63,759 nt of DNA. Source: Candidatus Parcubacteria bacterium. GTDB lineage: Bacteria > Patescibacteriota > Patescibacteriia > Patescibacteriales > UBA12075. Position numbers and translations under genes: made by a program. A model generated the notes under the pieces. That model searched no databases. It saw only the letters and a program-made list of their open reading frames with translations, and was not told the DNA's origin. The stretch covers positions 1 through 63,759 of the forward strand of contig JAGLYP010000028.1 of assembly GCA_023132155.1 (NCBI GenBank). Direction: 5' to 3'. This document shows positions 18,456 to 27,336 of the stretch, in pieces; position 1 is the stretch's first letter; every line of letters starts with the position of its first letter.

Positions 18456-19964
18456 TTAAAATTTATAAACCCAAATTTCAGAATAAGAATTTATTTTATT
18501 ATTAAAAATTAATTCAGAATTATTTGTTATATAGTCAATTTCATTTTTTGGAATGCGATTATCAATAGACATAAAATCAAATACCGCGCAGCCATGATTA
18601 TTTTGCATTATTTGTTTTAACTCCTTTAAATCATCAATAACCTTTGCTCCGACATAATATTCCCTGTCTTCATTTATGGCGCTTACATTGTCTTCAATTC
18701 CAAGATAATCATATTTTAGCCAATAGCCGGGGCGGTTTAAAAATATTTTGTTAAAATGAGGATGGGATGAAATTACTATTTCATTGTTTTTTAAATTATT
18801 TTCTATAACTGCGTAAGCCGAATTAAAATCCGGCTGGGGCGTATAAGCGTAATGCGGACGTTGTCCTAATTTGTCCGGATCATCAGATTCAAGCAAATAA
18901 AAAGAGCGAGGCAAAATCGCTCCGTTGCTGATAAAAAAAGCTAAAATTACCGCGGAAATAAAAATATATTTCAAATAAATATACCTTATTTTACCGAAAA
19001 AGTCAAGAATAGCCACAGACGCTAAAATGTAAATTGCCGGAGTTATATGGAAAAGATAGCGGTAATGAACTATGTTTGTAAAAAAAGAAAGAAGAATTAA
19101 ATAAGCGAAAATCGGCAAAAGCATGAAATATATTTTTTTTTTGTTTTGGAAGCTAAAAACAGCCAAAACGCTAAAAATAATTAAAAGCCAATAATTTCTT
19201 AAATAAAAACTTAAATAATACGGCAGGTTATAATGAAGTGATATTTTATTTAAAAAAGCTTCAATAAAAGTAATTCCAAAAACGAATTTTAAAATTAAAA
19301 CCAAAAAAATCGTAAAAACAGAACCTGTTGCCAAATATTTCAGTAAAGATTTATTTTTGGATAAAATTATTTCAACAACAATCCAGCCAAGCATAATCAG
19401 CGGCAGAAGTATTGCAATGTGATGGGTTAGGATCGCAAGAAGCGTAAACAAAAAAACCAAAGACCCGTTAAGAATTTTTTTTCGCTTGTTATATAATAAT
19501 TTATAAAAGAAAAAAAGCGCCAGCCAAAAAAATACAGACAGCAAAGTGTACCATCGCGCCTGCCTTGACCAGGCGATCTGTGAATAAGAAAATGTAATAA
19601 AAAAAGAAGATAAAAAAGCAGCGCGCCAGCCAAATAAATTTTTAGCAAAAAAGAAAATTATAAAAATAAAAATAATTCCGGCAATAGCGGACAGCAAGCG
19701 GAAGGCAAGAGGGGTATTATCAAAAATTTTTACTATAAATTCAGTTGGATAGCAATATATCGGACAAAAATAAGTTTTGCCGGAATCCAGAATTGAAGCT
19801 AAATTGTTATGCCCGTTTTCCATGCCGGAAATAACCGCGTTAACAGTATAGCCCTCATCCATCCAATAAGGAGTATCGTTAATTTGATAAAATCTGATAA
19901 ATATGCCCCAGCTAATTATCAACAATCCAGCTAAAATAAAAAATATTTTAAAATATTTATTCAT
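18456..19964 (-). CDS. GT39/PMT-like (GT-C) membrane glycosyltransferase
   Basis: YWMDE, RLLSAIAG, SRQARWY, HYRY; multiple TM. Confidence 0.8.
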   Translation of the reverse strand: MNKYFKIFFILAGLLIISWGIFIRFYQINDTPYWMDEGYTVNAVISGMENGHNNLASILDSGKTYFCPIYCYPTEFIVKIFDNTPLAFRLLSAIAGIIFIFIIFFFAKNLFGWRAAFLSSFFITFSYSQIAWSRQARWYTLLSVFFWLALFFFYKLLYNKRKKILNGSLVFLFTLLAILTHHIAILLPLIMLGWIVVEIILSKNKSLLKYLATGSVFTIFLVLILKFVFGITFIEAFLNKISLHYNLPYYLSFYLRNYWLLIIFSVLAVFSFQNKKKIYFMLLPIFAYLILLSFFTNIVHYRYLFHITPAIYILASVAILDFFGKIRYIYLKYIFISAVILAFFISNGAILPRSFYLLESDDPDKLGQRPHYAYTPQPDFNSAYAVIENNLKNNEIVISSHPHFNKIFLNRPGYWLKYDYLGIEDNVSAINEDREYYVGAKVIDDLKELKQIMQNNHGCAVFDFMSIDNRIPKNEIDYITNNSELIFNNKINSYSEIWVYKF

Positions 19965-20037
19965 AAATAATATAAAAAAGTAATATATTATGCTAATATT
20001 AAGTTAAATAATGCATAAAACAATATTACTAAAAAAT

Positions 20038-20066
20038 TTGACAAAAACCTAATTACAGTATATAAT
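20038..20066 (+). promoter_or_regulatory. Consensus sigma70 promoter
   Basis: TTGACA-17 nt-TATAAT. Confidence 0.85.
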
Positions 20067-20140
20067 TTTATCAAATATAAGTAAATAATAATAACTAAAA
20101 TAGCAAGGATTATTTTAGTTATCTAAGATTTTTAAACTAT

Positions 20141-21145
20141 ATGAAAAAAACAATTTTTAAAGCGTCAATGGCGTTTGTTATCATTTTCGCATTTTCACTA
20201 TTCGGTTTTAGCGCCGCTTTCGGTTATGGCGGAGGAGGTCATGGAAAACCGCCAGTGCCGACAAATGTTACGGCAGTTAATCATCCAATGACATTGACAA
20301 ACGCGCAAAGCGGGGTTGCTACCAATAATTTTGGACAGCAAGCAACAGTTGCCTTGAGTGTTCCAATGGGCGCCGTTCCCGCTGATGAAAAAATTACATT
20401 TAAAATTCAAATGAGTTCTGCTAACGCAAACATCAGGCCTGATACTTCCGGAGGCGCTTTTATGATTGGCAATAAAGTATTTTATATTACCGCTACCGAT
20501 ATAGGCAACAAAAGTTATACAGACGATTTTATTAGTCCTTTAGGAATCACAATGACATTGCCTGAAATGAGCGGCGTTTCTGATTTGGACGTTTATTTTA
20601 TTAATAATGATAATGAGTGGGAATCAGTTTCTGCTTCTGTTTTAGGCAATACGGCAACATTTAGCGTAAGCCACCTTACTACTTTTTCAGTTATTTCTTA
20701 CGACGGTTCCGGTAATATTGCCATAGTTAAAGCTCCTAAGAAAAATGTAAAAGCGGAGAACAGTAATAAACCGGGAGTAACAGTTTTAGGCATATCGCAT
20801 TACGCGGACGGTTCTTTAATTCGCGGGGAAAATAAAAAAATTTATGTTATCGTTGACGGCGTTAAACAGCATATTAAAAATATGAAAGAATTAATGCAAT
20901 ACGCCGGACAGCCGATATTTGAGGTTGATGATGAAGTTTTAGGGCAATATTCAGGAGTGGAAGTATTGGGAATATCAGGATATGGCAACGGCGCTTTAAT
21001 CCGTTGCAATGATATGAAAATTTATGTTATCGTAAACGGAAAATGCAAGCATATTGCGAACCTTAAACAGCTTGCCAAATACGCGGGCCAGGAAATTTTT
21101 AATGTTACCGATGATGTTGTGAGTTCGTTTGAGATTGTTGAATAA
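20141..21145 (+). CDS. Secreted/surface protein with two C-terminal repeats
   Basis: Signal peptide; VSHLTTFSV; two YxxGxLIR-KIYVIVxGxxxHI-YAGQxIF repeats. Confidence 0.7.
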   Translation: MKKTIFKASMAFVIIFAFSLFGFSAAFGYGGGGHGKPPVPTNVTAVNHPMTLTNAQSGVATNNFGQQATVALSVPMGAVPADEKITFKIQMSSANANIRPDTSGGAFMIGNKVFYITATDIGNKSYTDDFISPLGITMTLPEMSGVSDLDVYFINNDNEWESVSASVLGNTATFSVSHLTTFSVISYDGSGNIAIVKAPKKNVKAENSNKPGVTVLGISHYADGSLIRGENKKIYVIVDGVKQHIKNMKELMQYAGQPIFEVDDEVLGQYSGVEVLGISGYGNGALIRCNDMKIYVIVNGKCKHIANLKQLAKYAGQEIFNVTDDVVSSFEIVE

Positions 21146-21170
21146 AAATTATATTAAATTAAATAGTATT

Positions 21171-21200
21171 AAAAAAAGCGGCGTTTTGCCGCTTTTTTTT
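21171..21200. terminator. Intrinsic terminator
   Basis: A7-GCGGC-GTTTT-GCCGC-T8 (stem-loop flanked by A and T tracts). Confidence 0.8.
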
Positions 21201-21228
21201 TGACATAAAATAATTAATAATATATAAT
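21200..21228 (+). promoter_or_regulatory. Consensus sigma70 promoter, likely leaderless transcript
   Basis: TTGACA-17 nt-TATAAT; ATG follows after 6 nt. Confidence 0.8.
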
Positions 21229-21234
21229 ATTATT

Positions 21235-21630
21235 ATGTTAGACAACAATGATTTAAAACAAATTAAGAAAATAATGGATAGCAAATTTGATGATTTTGCT
21301 ATTGTTGTTAATAAGGGATTTGAACAAGTTGATAAACGTTTTGATGAGCAAGACAAACGTTTTGACGCACAGGATAAACGTTTTGAAAGTATTGATAAAC
21401 GTTTTGATGAAATAAAAAGTGAGATTACTGAAATAAAAAGTGAAATTGGAACAATTAAATATGAAATCGCAACGCTTTCTGAAAAATTTGATAAATTAGA
21501 ACAAAAAGTTGATAGGTTGATTAATACTGAAAATGAAAATATTATTGCTCTTAATAAAGAGGTTGAAAGAATAAAAGAGAAATTAAAAATTTTAGAAACA
21601 AAGATTCAAGAGCATGCCGTGCCGGCATAG
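21235..21630 (+). CDS. Coiled-coil protein with heptad repeats
   Basis: Four DKRF(D/E) heptads (21-nt period) followed by EIKSEI heptads. Confidence 0.75.
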   Translation: MLDNNDLKQIKKIMDSKFDDFAIVVNKGFEQVDKRFDEQDKRFDAQDKRFESIDKRFDEIKSEITEIKSEIGTIKYEIATLSEKFDKLEQKVDRLINTENENIIALNKEVERIKEKLKILETKIQEHAVPA

Positions 21631-21631
21631 C

Positions 21632-21709
21632 GGTAAGGCTGAAAAACTTCAAAATTACGCCGGACAGCTGATTAATGATATTGATGATAGTATTTTAGAG
21701 CAATACTAA
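21632..21709 (+). pseudogene. Relic 3' end of a paralog of 20141-21145
   Basis: GKAEKLQNYAGQLINDIDDSILEQY* aligns with LMQYAGQPIFEVDDEVLGQY. Confidence 0.65.
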
Positions 21710-21722
21710 GCCGGATTAAAAC

Positions 21723-21758
21723 AAAAAGCCGTTTTGAAATTTTTCAAAACGGCTTTTT
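21723..21758. terminator. Bidirectional terminator
   Basis: AAAAAGCCGTTTTGAAA / TTTCAAAACGGCTTTTT between convergent genes. Confidence 0.8.
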
Positions 21759-21792
21759 AAAATTAAAAATTCAAAGAATTAATAGCGTAAAT

Positions 21793-22959
21793 TTATTCAT
21801 TTGCTGAAGTGTCCTCGGCAGTATCAAAGTTTCCCGAGCTTGTAGCCGTACTGTTATCGTCAGTTGCTTCTACTAAGTAAAAATAAGTAGTTGAAGCGGA
21901 AAGGCCGCTTAATTCAGCTAAATACGGGGAATTATCGCCGGTAGCCGTTACTTCTTCATAATTCTCAGTACCGATTTCTTCAGTGGCATATTTTACGGTA
22001 ATATCAGCATTTTTATTGGTTGTAATTGTAGTCGTGGCTGAATTAGCGGATGCTTCTACGGAAACATTTTCAATGCTTAAATCAATATCATTACCGTCGT
22101 CATTATCCGTGTCGTCTGTACTGTCACTGTCCGCGCAGGCTCCTATAGTGCCGCCCTGTTTTAAATGAGCTCCAATAGCCATAATACCAACGTTAATGGT
22201 TTTTCCTTCGTGGCAAAGGGTAACTTTTTTTACGGAACGTAACGCGTTGCTTCTTATTTTGCCATCACTGCCCAGGCCATAGCATTTGTCCAATAAATGA
22301 TCGCCGATGTTTGGAAGCGCTACATCCCAAAGGCTAAGGCGTTTTTGCAAGCGATTTAAAGCGCTTTCCAATCGGTCGCATATTTTTTCATTTCGGTTTC
22401 TGGTTTGCGCGGCAATTTTAGCCTTAAAACCGCGGTTATGGCTGATACTTGGCATTTGTTCCTCTTCTTCGCTTGGATCAAAATCACTTTCTTCGTTAAC
22501 TTCAGTGCTTATTTCATAGTTTGTGAAAAATGAATCAGGCACATCGTCAATTAATTTATTCCAATTATTGCCGTAAAGCGCTTTGGCGATTTTCTCGGTT
22601 TTAATCCAATGAAGCTTGCCATTGCCGCCAACCGCGTAAACCTTAGGGTCGGTTTGGATTTTTATTAAAAGAGCGCCCGGTTTATAGCGGGCATTGCCGC
22701 CTAAAGGATATTCATATAAATCTTCTAAAGGAACTTCCACTACTTTGGAAAAATTATCATACCATGAGAAAAAAATGTTTGAATTTGGAAAAACATAGCG
22801 TTTTCCGTCTTCGCCGATATAATAAAGAGTGGAAAGACCCTCGCCTTTAATTACGGTACCGGCGGGCAAATTGTTTTCGGCGCTTGATTTGGCCGCGTCA
22901 ACCAGGGACACGGAAAAAATAAACGCGCAAACAAGAAAAATGATTAAAGTTTTTTTCAT
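21793..22959 (-). CDS. Secreted protein with CPR-type repeats and C-terminal FnIII-like domain
   Basis: Signal peptide; GKRYVFPN..FFSWY and DPKVYAV repeats; LSASTTYFYLVEATD. Confidence 0.7.
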   Translation of the reverse strand: MKKTLIIFLVCAFIFSVSLVDAAKSSAENNLPAGTVIKGEGLSTLYYIGEDGKRYVFPNSNIFFSWYDNFSKVVEVPLEDLYEYPLGGNARYKPGALLIKIQTDPKVYAVGGNGKLHWIKTEKIAKALYGNNWNKLIDDVPDSFFTNYEISTEVNEESDFDPSEEEEQMPSISHNRGFKAKIAAQTRNRNEKICDRLESALNRLQKRLSLWDVALPNIGDHLLDKCYGLGSDGKIRSNALRSVKKVTLCHEGKTINVGIMAIGAHLKQGGTIGACADSDSTDDTDNDDGNDIDLSIENVSVEASANSATTTITTNKNADITVKYATEEIGTENYEEVTATGDNSPYLAELSGLSASTTYFYLVEATDDNSTATSSGNFDTAEDTSANE

Positions 22960-23096
22960 AGGTTTTTTATTAATTTAGTTATTAACATTAATATACATTA
23001 TAGCACAAATTATTATTTTATATAAACTGATTTTTTAGAATTATCCCAAAAATCTCCAAAATCCCAAAAATCACAATAATCTTATTATCCCTGATA

Positions 23097-23125
23097 TTGA
23101 ATTTCATTTTAAAAAATGCTATAAT
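23097..23125 (+). promoter_or_regulatory. Sigma70 promoter for pilT
   Basis: TTGAAT-17 nt-TATAAT with extended TG. Confidence 0.65.
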
Positions 23126-23154
23126 ATTCTATATAAATACTAGCAAGCAAGAAA

Positions 23155-24198
23155 ATGGAATTAGAACCTTATTTTAAAACAGCAGTTGAAAATAATGCCT
23201 CTGATTTGCATCTGGTTGAAGGCAGTGTGCCTGCCTTGCGCGTATCCGGCGAATTAATGCGTTTTAAAGAGGATGCTATTCCTTATGGCGAATTAAAGCA
23301 TGCTGTTTATCTTTGTTTGGATAGCCACACAAAAGATAGATTTGAAAGGAAAAGAGATCTGGATTTATCAATGGAATTTTTTGATAACAGATTCCGGGTT
23401 AATCTTCATTTCCAGGAAGGCAAAATCGGCTTAACCGCCCGCTTAGTCCCTAAAAAAATCCCCACACCTAGACAAATCGGACTTAATGAGGTAATTTATT
23501 CTTTAACTCATTTAAAAGACGGCTTAATATTGGTAACAGGCCCTTCCTGTACCGGCAAATCAACCACTTTGGCGGCCATGATTGATATAATCAACGCGGA
23601 AAGGCGGTCCCATATAATTACAATTGAAGACCCGATTGAGTATAATTTTGTTGACAAGCAAAGCATTGTTGAACAAAGGCAATTGGGGCGGGATACGAAA
23701 AGTTTCGCCGATGCCTTAAAATACGCTTTAAGGCAAGACCCGAATGTTATTATGGTAGGGGAAATGCGTGATCTTGAAACTATTTCCGCGGCGCTGACAG
23801 CCGCGAAAACCGGCCATTTAGTCCTTTCCACCCTGCATACGGCCACAGCGCCGGAAACAGTGGAAAGGATAGTGGATTTTTTTCCTTCGCAGAGCCAAAA
23901 TTTAGTTACCGGCCAGCTCGCCTCAGTATTAAGGGCGGTTATTTCCCAGCAATTATTGCCAAAAAAGGGAGGGGGATTAACAGCAGCCAGAGAAATAATG
24001 ATTAATAATCGCGCGGTGGCGAATTTAATCCGCAATAACCAGGTAGAGCAAATTTATTCCGCCATTCAAATGGGCGCAAAAGACGGCATGATAACAATGA
24101 ATAAATCAATAGATAATTTGTTAAAAAACGGAGTAATCAGCGAAGACGTCGCGCGCAATAGAAAAAGAGACTTGGAAACGCAAGCTGTTTATTACTAA
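23155..24198 (+). CDS. pilT: Type IV pilus retraction ATPase PilT/PilU family
   Basis: ASDLHL, Walker A GPSCTGKSTT, TIEDPIE, LRQDPNVIMVGEMRD, TGHLVLSTLH, AVANLIR. Confidence 0.85.
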   Translation: MELEPYFKTAVENNASDLHLVEGSVPALRVSGELMRFKEDAIPYGELKHAVYLCLDSHTKDRFERKRDLDLSMEFFDNRFRVNLHFQEGKIGLTARLVPKKIPTPRQIGLNEVIYSLTHLKDGLILVTGPSCTGKSTTLAAMIDIINAERRSHIITIEDPIEYNFVDKQSIVEQRQLGRDTKSFADALKYALRQDPNVIMVGEMRDLETISAALTAAKTGHLVLSTLHTATAPETVERIVDFFPSQSQNLVTGQLASVLRAVISQQLLPKKGGGLTAAREIMINNRAVANLIRNNQVEQIYSAIQMGAKDGMITMNKSIDNLLKNGVISEDVARNRKRDLETQAVYY

Positions 24199-24201
24199 TA
24201 A

Positions 24202-24308
24202 ATAATGCTATGAATATAATGCTAATCCGCGAATAAATGCTAATCCGCGAATTGCGAATAATTAATATTAGCAATTCGCGGAATTAGCATTATTCATTAG
24301 CATTATTA
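24202..24308. repeat. Short-period inverted tandem repeat (ATGCTAAT/GCGAAT units)
   Basis: AATGCTAATCCGCGAAT twice, mirrored by ATTCGCGGAATTAGCATT; related half at about 26010-26048. Confidence 0.75.
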
Positions 24309-24316
24309 TAAAAAAT

Positions 24317-24646
24317 ATGATGCCGGAAAAATGGGAAAGTATTATTGGAAATATTAAAGACAAGTTCACAATCAAAGACGAGGGTAAGCTTCATCTTGAC
24401 GAAGAAGGGGGAATTGATATTGAATTTATAGAATTTGAAGGCCCCCTGGGCTTAATGAGGCTTGAATTTGTTTCCCGTCCGATTGTTCTTGATAAAAAAA
24501 CGATTTATTCAAGACGCATAGGTTCGGAAACTAAAGTTGATTACGTTTACAGTGAAAACGAAAAAAGCCATAAATTAATTGTTTACAAATGGGACGGCGA
24601 TGAAAATGATTGGCTGGAGGTTGACGATAAAAATCTTTTCGCTTAA
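24317..24646 (+). CDS. Conserved hypothetical protein
   Basis: 109-aa ORF co-oriented with neighbours. Confidence 0.7.
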   Translation: MMPEKWESIIGNIKDKFTIKDEGKLHLDEEGGIDIEFIEFEGPLGLMRLEFVSRPIVLDKKTIYSRRIGSETKVDYVYSENEKSHKLIVYKWDGDENDWLEVDDKNLFA

Positions 24647-24647
24647 A

Positions 24648-24757
24648 TTACAAGTTATACCCTAAAGGGCATTTTATGCCCAAAGGGCGCTAACAGTAGT
24701 CAGGAATACGCCCCAAAGGAAGTGCCCTTGGGGTATTCAAATTCCTTGACTAAAATT
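24648..24757 (+). repeat. Dispersed leader element, copy 2
   Basis: Near-identical to 3478-3566; first small hairpin duplicated; same 27-nt insert at 24709-24735. Confidence 0.9.
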
Positions 24758-24765
24758 TAAAATAT

Positions 24766-25236
24766 ATGCTGAATAAAAATAAAATTTTTATAATTTTGGC
24801 AATAATCATATTGCTTTTCTTTTTTTATTATATTTTTTCCGTTAAAACGGTTGTATTAAAAAAGCCGGCTACGCAAGACAAAGCTGAAAATATCGCGGCT
24901 CTGAAAAAATTAAGCATGCGAGAAAAACTTGAATTAAAAAATAATTATAATAGCAAGATCGCGGATATTTTATCTCGGTATGAAGAAAATTTGGAAAAAA
25001 TTAAAGAAGCCGAAAGCGATGATGATAATTTTTATGAAAATTTAGATGCTTTAAAATTGGAGGCGCTCGCCCTGATTGTTCCGGGGGAATATAAAAATAC
25101 GCATTTGGAAATAGCTTTAATATTTTCCAGAATAAACGAATTATGCGCCAAAGACAAAGTGGAAGAAAATTTTAATTTAATTAATGAATTACTGGCTCAA
25201 GCCGGAAATTTAAAGAGTAATTTGAAAAACCTGTAA
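24766..25236 (+). CDS. Membrane-anchored helical hypothetical protein
   Basis: N-terminal TM, helical remainder. Confidence 0.7.
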   Translation: MLNKNKIFIILAIIILLFFFYYIFSVKTVVLKKPATQDKAENIAALKKLSMREKLELKNNYNSKIADILSRYEENLEKIKEAESDDDNFYENLDALKLEALALIVPGEYKNTHLEIALIFSRINELCAKDKVEENFNLINELLAQAGNLKSNLKNL

Positions 25237-25242
25237 AAGAAT

Positions 25243-26004
25243 ATGCGTTTAAACCGCTATCTGCCGCTGGCAACGCCATTTTTAGCTTTAATATTTTTAG
25301 AATTTTACAGTTTTAACGCCGGGATAATTTATATTATGCTAGTGTTTTTGTTTTTTCTGTTTTTTTTTACAATCAGGCAGCTTATTGTTGAAAGCGGGAA
25401 AAATGAAAATGTTTGGAATTATTGTATCCTGCCTTTTTTGTTTTTATCAAGCGGAGTAATGTTTAGCACTTTAATGCCCCATGGATATTTGGTTCAGATT
25501 TTAATAATTATAATTTTTTTATTTTTAAATTTTTATTTTAGGTCAATTTATGAATTTTTATTAAAACCGAATAATTATAAAAAAGATTCACTTGAAAATT
25601 TTTCTTCTTATGGAAATTTTTTGGCATTATATTTTTTCGCGTCTTCAGTTTACGGTTTTCAGTCTTTTTTAGGCATTGATGTTTGGAGTATAATGTTTTT
25701 TTTGCTTCTGGTTATAATTTTAATTGTTTATCAGGTTTTTTGGGCAAATAAAATTTTGACTAAGGCGAATTTATTATATATAATAATCTTGCCTTTGGTG
25801 TATATTGAATTGGCTTGGTCAATTTCTTTTTTAACTTTAAGCTTTTATATTTTGGGCATGATTTTAGCTGTTTCATATTACATCGGAATAGGCATAGTAA
25901 GATTTTATTTAATTGGAAAATTAGACGCGCAAATCATCAAAATGTACCTGATTTTCGGCTTCTTTAGCATACTTACGGTAATTTTAACGGCTAGGTGGAT
26001 ATAA
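25243..26004 (+). CDS. Polytopic membrane protein (DUF5656-like)
   Basis: About 9 TM, ends LTARWI. Confidence 0.6.
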   Translation: MRLNRYLPLATPFLALIFLEFYSFNAGIIYIMLVFLFFLFFFTIRQLIVESGKNENVWNYCILPFLFLSSGVMFSTLMPHGYLVQILIIIIFLFLNFYFRSIYEFLLKPNNYKKDSLENFSSYGNFLALYFFASSVYGFQSFLGIDVWSIMFFLLLVIILIVYQVFWANKILTKANLLYIIILPLVYIELAWSISFLTLSFYILGMILAVSYYIGIGIVRFYLIGKLDAQIIKMYLIFGFFSILTVILTARWI

Positions 26005-26070
26005 CGCAATAATGCTAATACTGCGAATATATGCTAATGACGCGAATAAATAATGTGTAAAATTTAATAT

Positions 26071-27246
26071 ATGGAAAAAACTAATAATAAAATAATTTTA
26101 ATTGTTGTGTTGGCGACAATATTCGGAATGTTAAGCGGATTAGTCGGCGCGGTTATTGCCAGAGTTTATGTTTTGGAAAAGGCTTTTAATGTTCCGCTTT
26201 TTGGGGAAATAAATTTATCCGGAGATATGTTGAATTCGCAAAGATTGATTATCAGAGACGCGAAAAAAGTTATTGTTGAGCAAAATAGCAAGGTTCAAGA
26301 AACCATAAATTCAGCGGGAAACAGCATCGCGGCGATTTTTGAAAAAAAGAAAACAACAAATGAAAAACCGGATAAAAGCGTAAAAAATATTATTGAATCG
26401 GCTTATAATTTGAAAAATGAAATCGGGCAAGGCTTGATTATCACCAGCGATGGATGGATTATTTCCAGCTATACCCCGAAAGCGTATAGCAGCGATATTG
26501 CCACAAAAACCAGAGAAAGCGTAATTGATAACTATGTAATTATTGACAGCAATAAAAAAGTGTATTCAGTTGAAAATATCATATTGGACACGACCTCTAA
26601 TTATTCTTTTTGGAAAATAAAAGCCAATGATTTGCCGGTTAAAGCCTTTGCTGAAACAAATAATATCCATAACGGCCAATTAGTTTTGGCTGTCAACTGG
26701 GATGGAAGCTCTTTTTTATCAACAATTGTTGAAAAAAACGAGAAAGATAAAAAACTCTACAAGACAAGCGATAATTTTTTTAATAAAATTAAGCTTTCCG
26801 CGGTTCCGGATGATAATTTTTTTGGTTCTTTTGTTTTTAATCTTAACAATGATTTAGTCGCGTTAATTAATAATGAGGGCGAAATTAGATTGATAAGCGA
26901 TTTCGCGCCTTGCATAAATTGTTTGTTAAGCAAAAGGGAAATAAAATATCCCGAATTAGGAATAAATTATCTTGATTTATCGGAATTTTTATTTGATAGC
27001 AAAAATATCGCCGGCAAGGGCGCTTTGCTTTATCCTGATGAAAAAGGCATAGCAATAAAGGTGGGCAGTCCGGCTGAAAAAATCGGATTAAAAAACGGGG
27101 ATATAATTTTGTCAATTAATGATATTTTAATAGATGAAAAAAATAAACTGGAAGATATTATGAAAAAGTTTTTCGTAAATGATGAAATTTTAATTAAATA
27201 TTTAAGAGACGGCAAAGAATTTGAAGTAAAAATTCAATTTGACTAA
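26071..27246 (+). CDS. HtrA/DegP-like trypsin-fold plus PDZ protein, catalytic residues degenerate
   Basis: TM anchor; GLIITSDGWI; LGINY and GSPAEKIGLKNGDIILSIND PDZ; no His and no GNSGG. Confidence 0.75.
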   Translation: MEKTNNKIILIVVLATIFGMLSGLVGAVIARVYVLEKAFNVPLFGEINLSGDMLNSQRLIIRDAKKVIVEQNSKVQETINSAGNSIAAIFEKKKTTNEKPDKSVKNIIESAYNLKNEIGQGLIITSDGWIISSYTPKAYSSDIATKTRESVIDNYVIIDSNKKVYSVENIILDTTSNYSFWKIKANDLPVKAFAETNNIHNGQLVLAVNWDGSSFLSTIVEKNEKDKKLYKTSDNFFNKIKLSAVPDDNFFGSFVFNLNNDLVALINNEGEIRLISDFAPCINCLLSKREIKYPELGINYLDLSEFLFDSKNIAGKGALLYPDEKGIAIKVGSPAEKIGLKNGDIILSINDILIDEKNKLEDIMKKFFVNDEILIKYLRDGKEFEVKIQFD

Positions 27247-27336
27247 AAAGGTAAAAAAATGTAATATATAATTGATGTTAAAGAAAATATTTTAAGAAAA
27301 AAAGTCGAGGATATGGCACTCGTCTTTTTTAAATAT

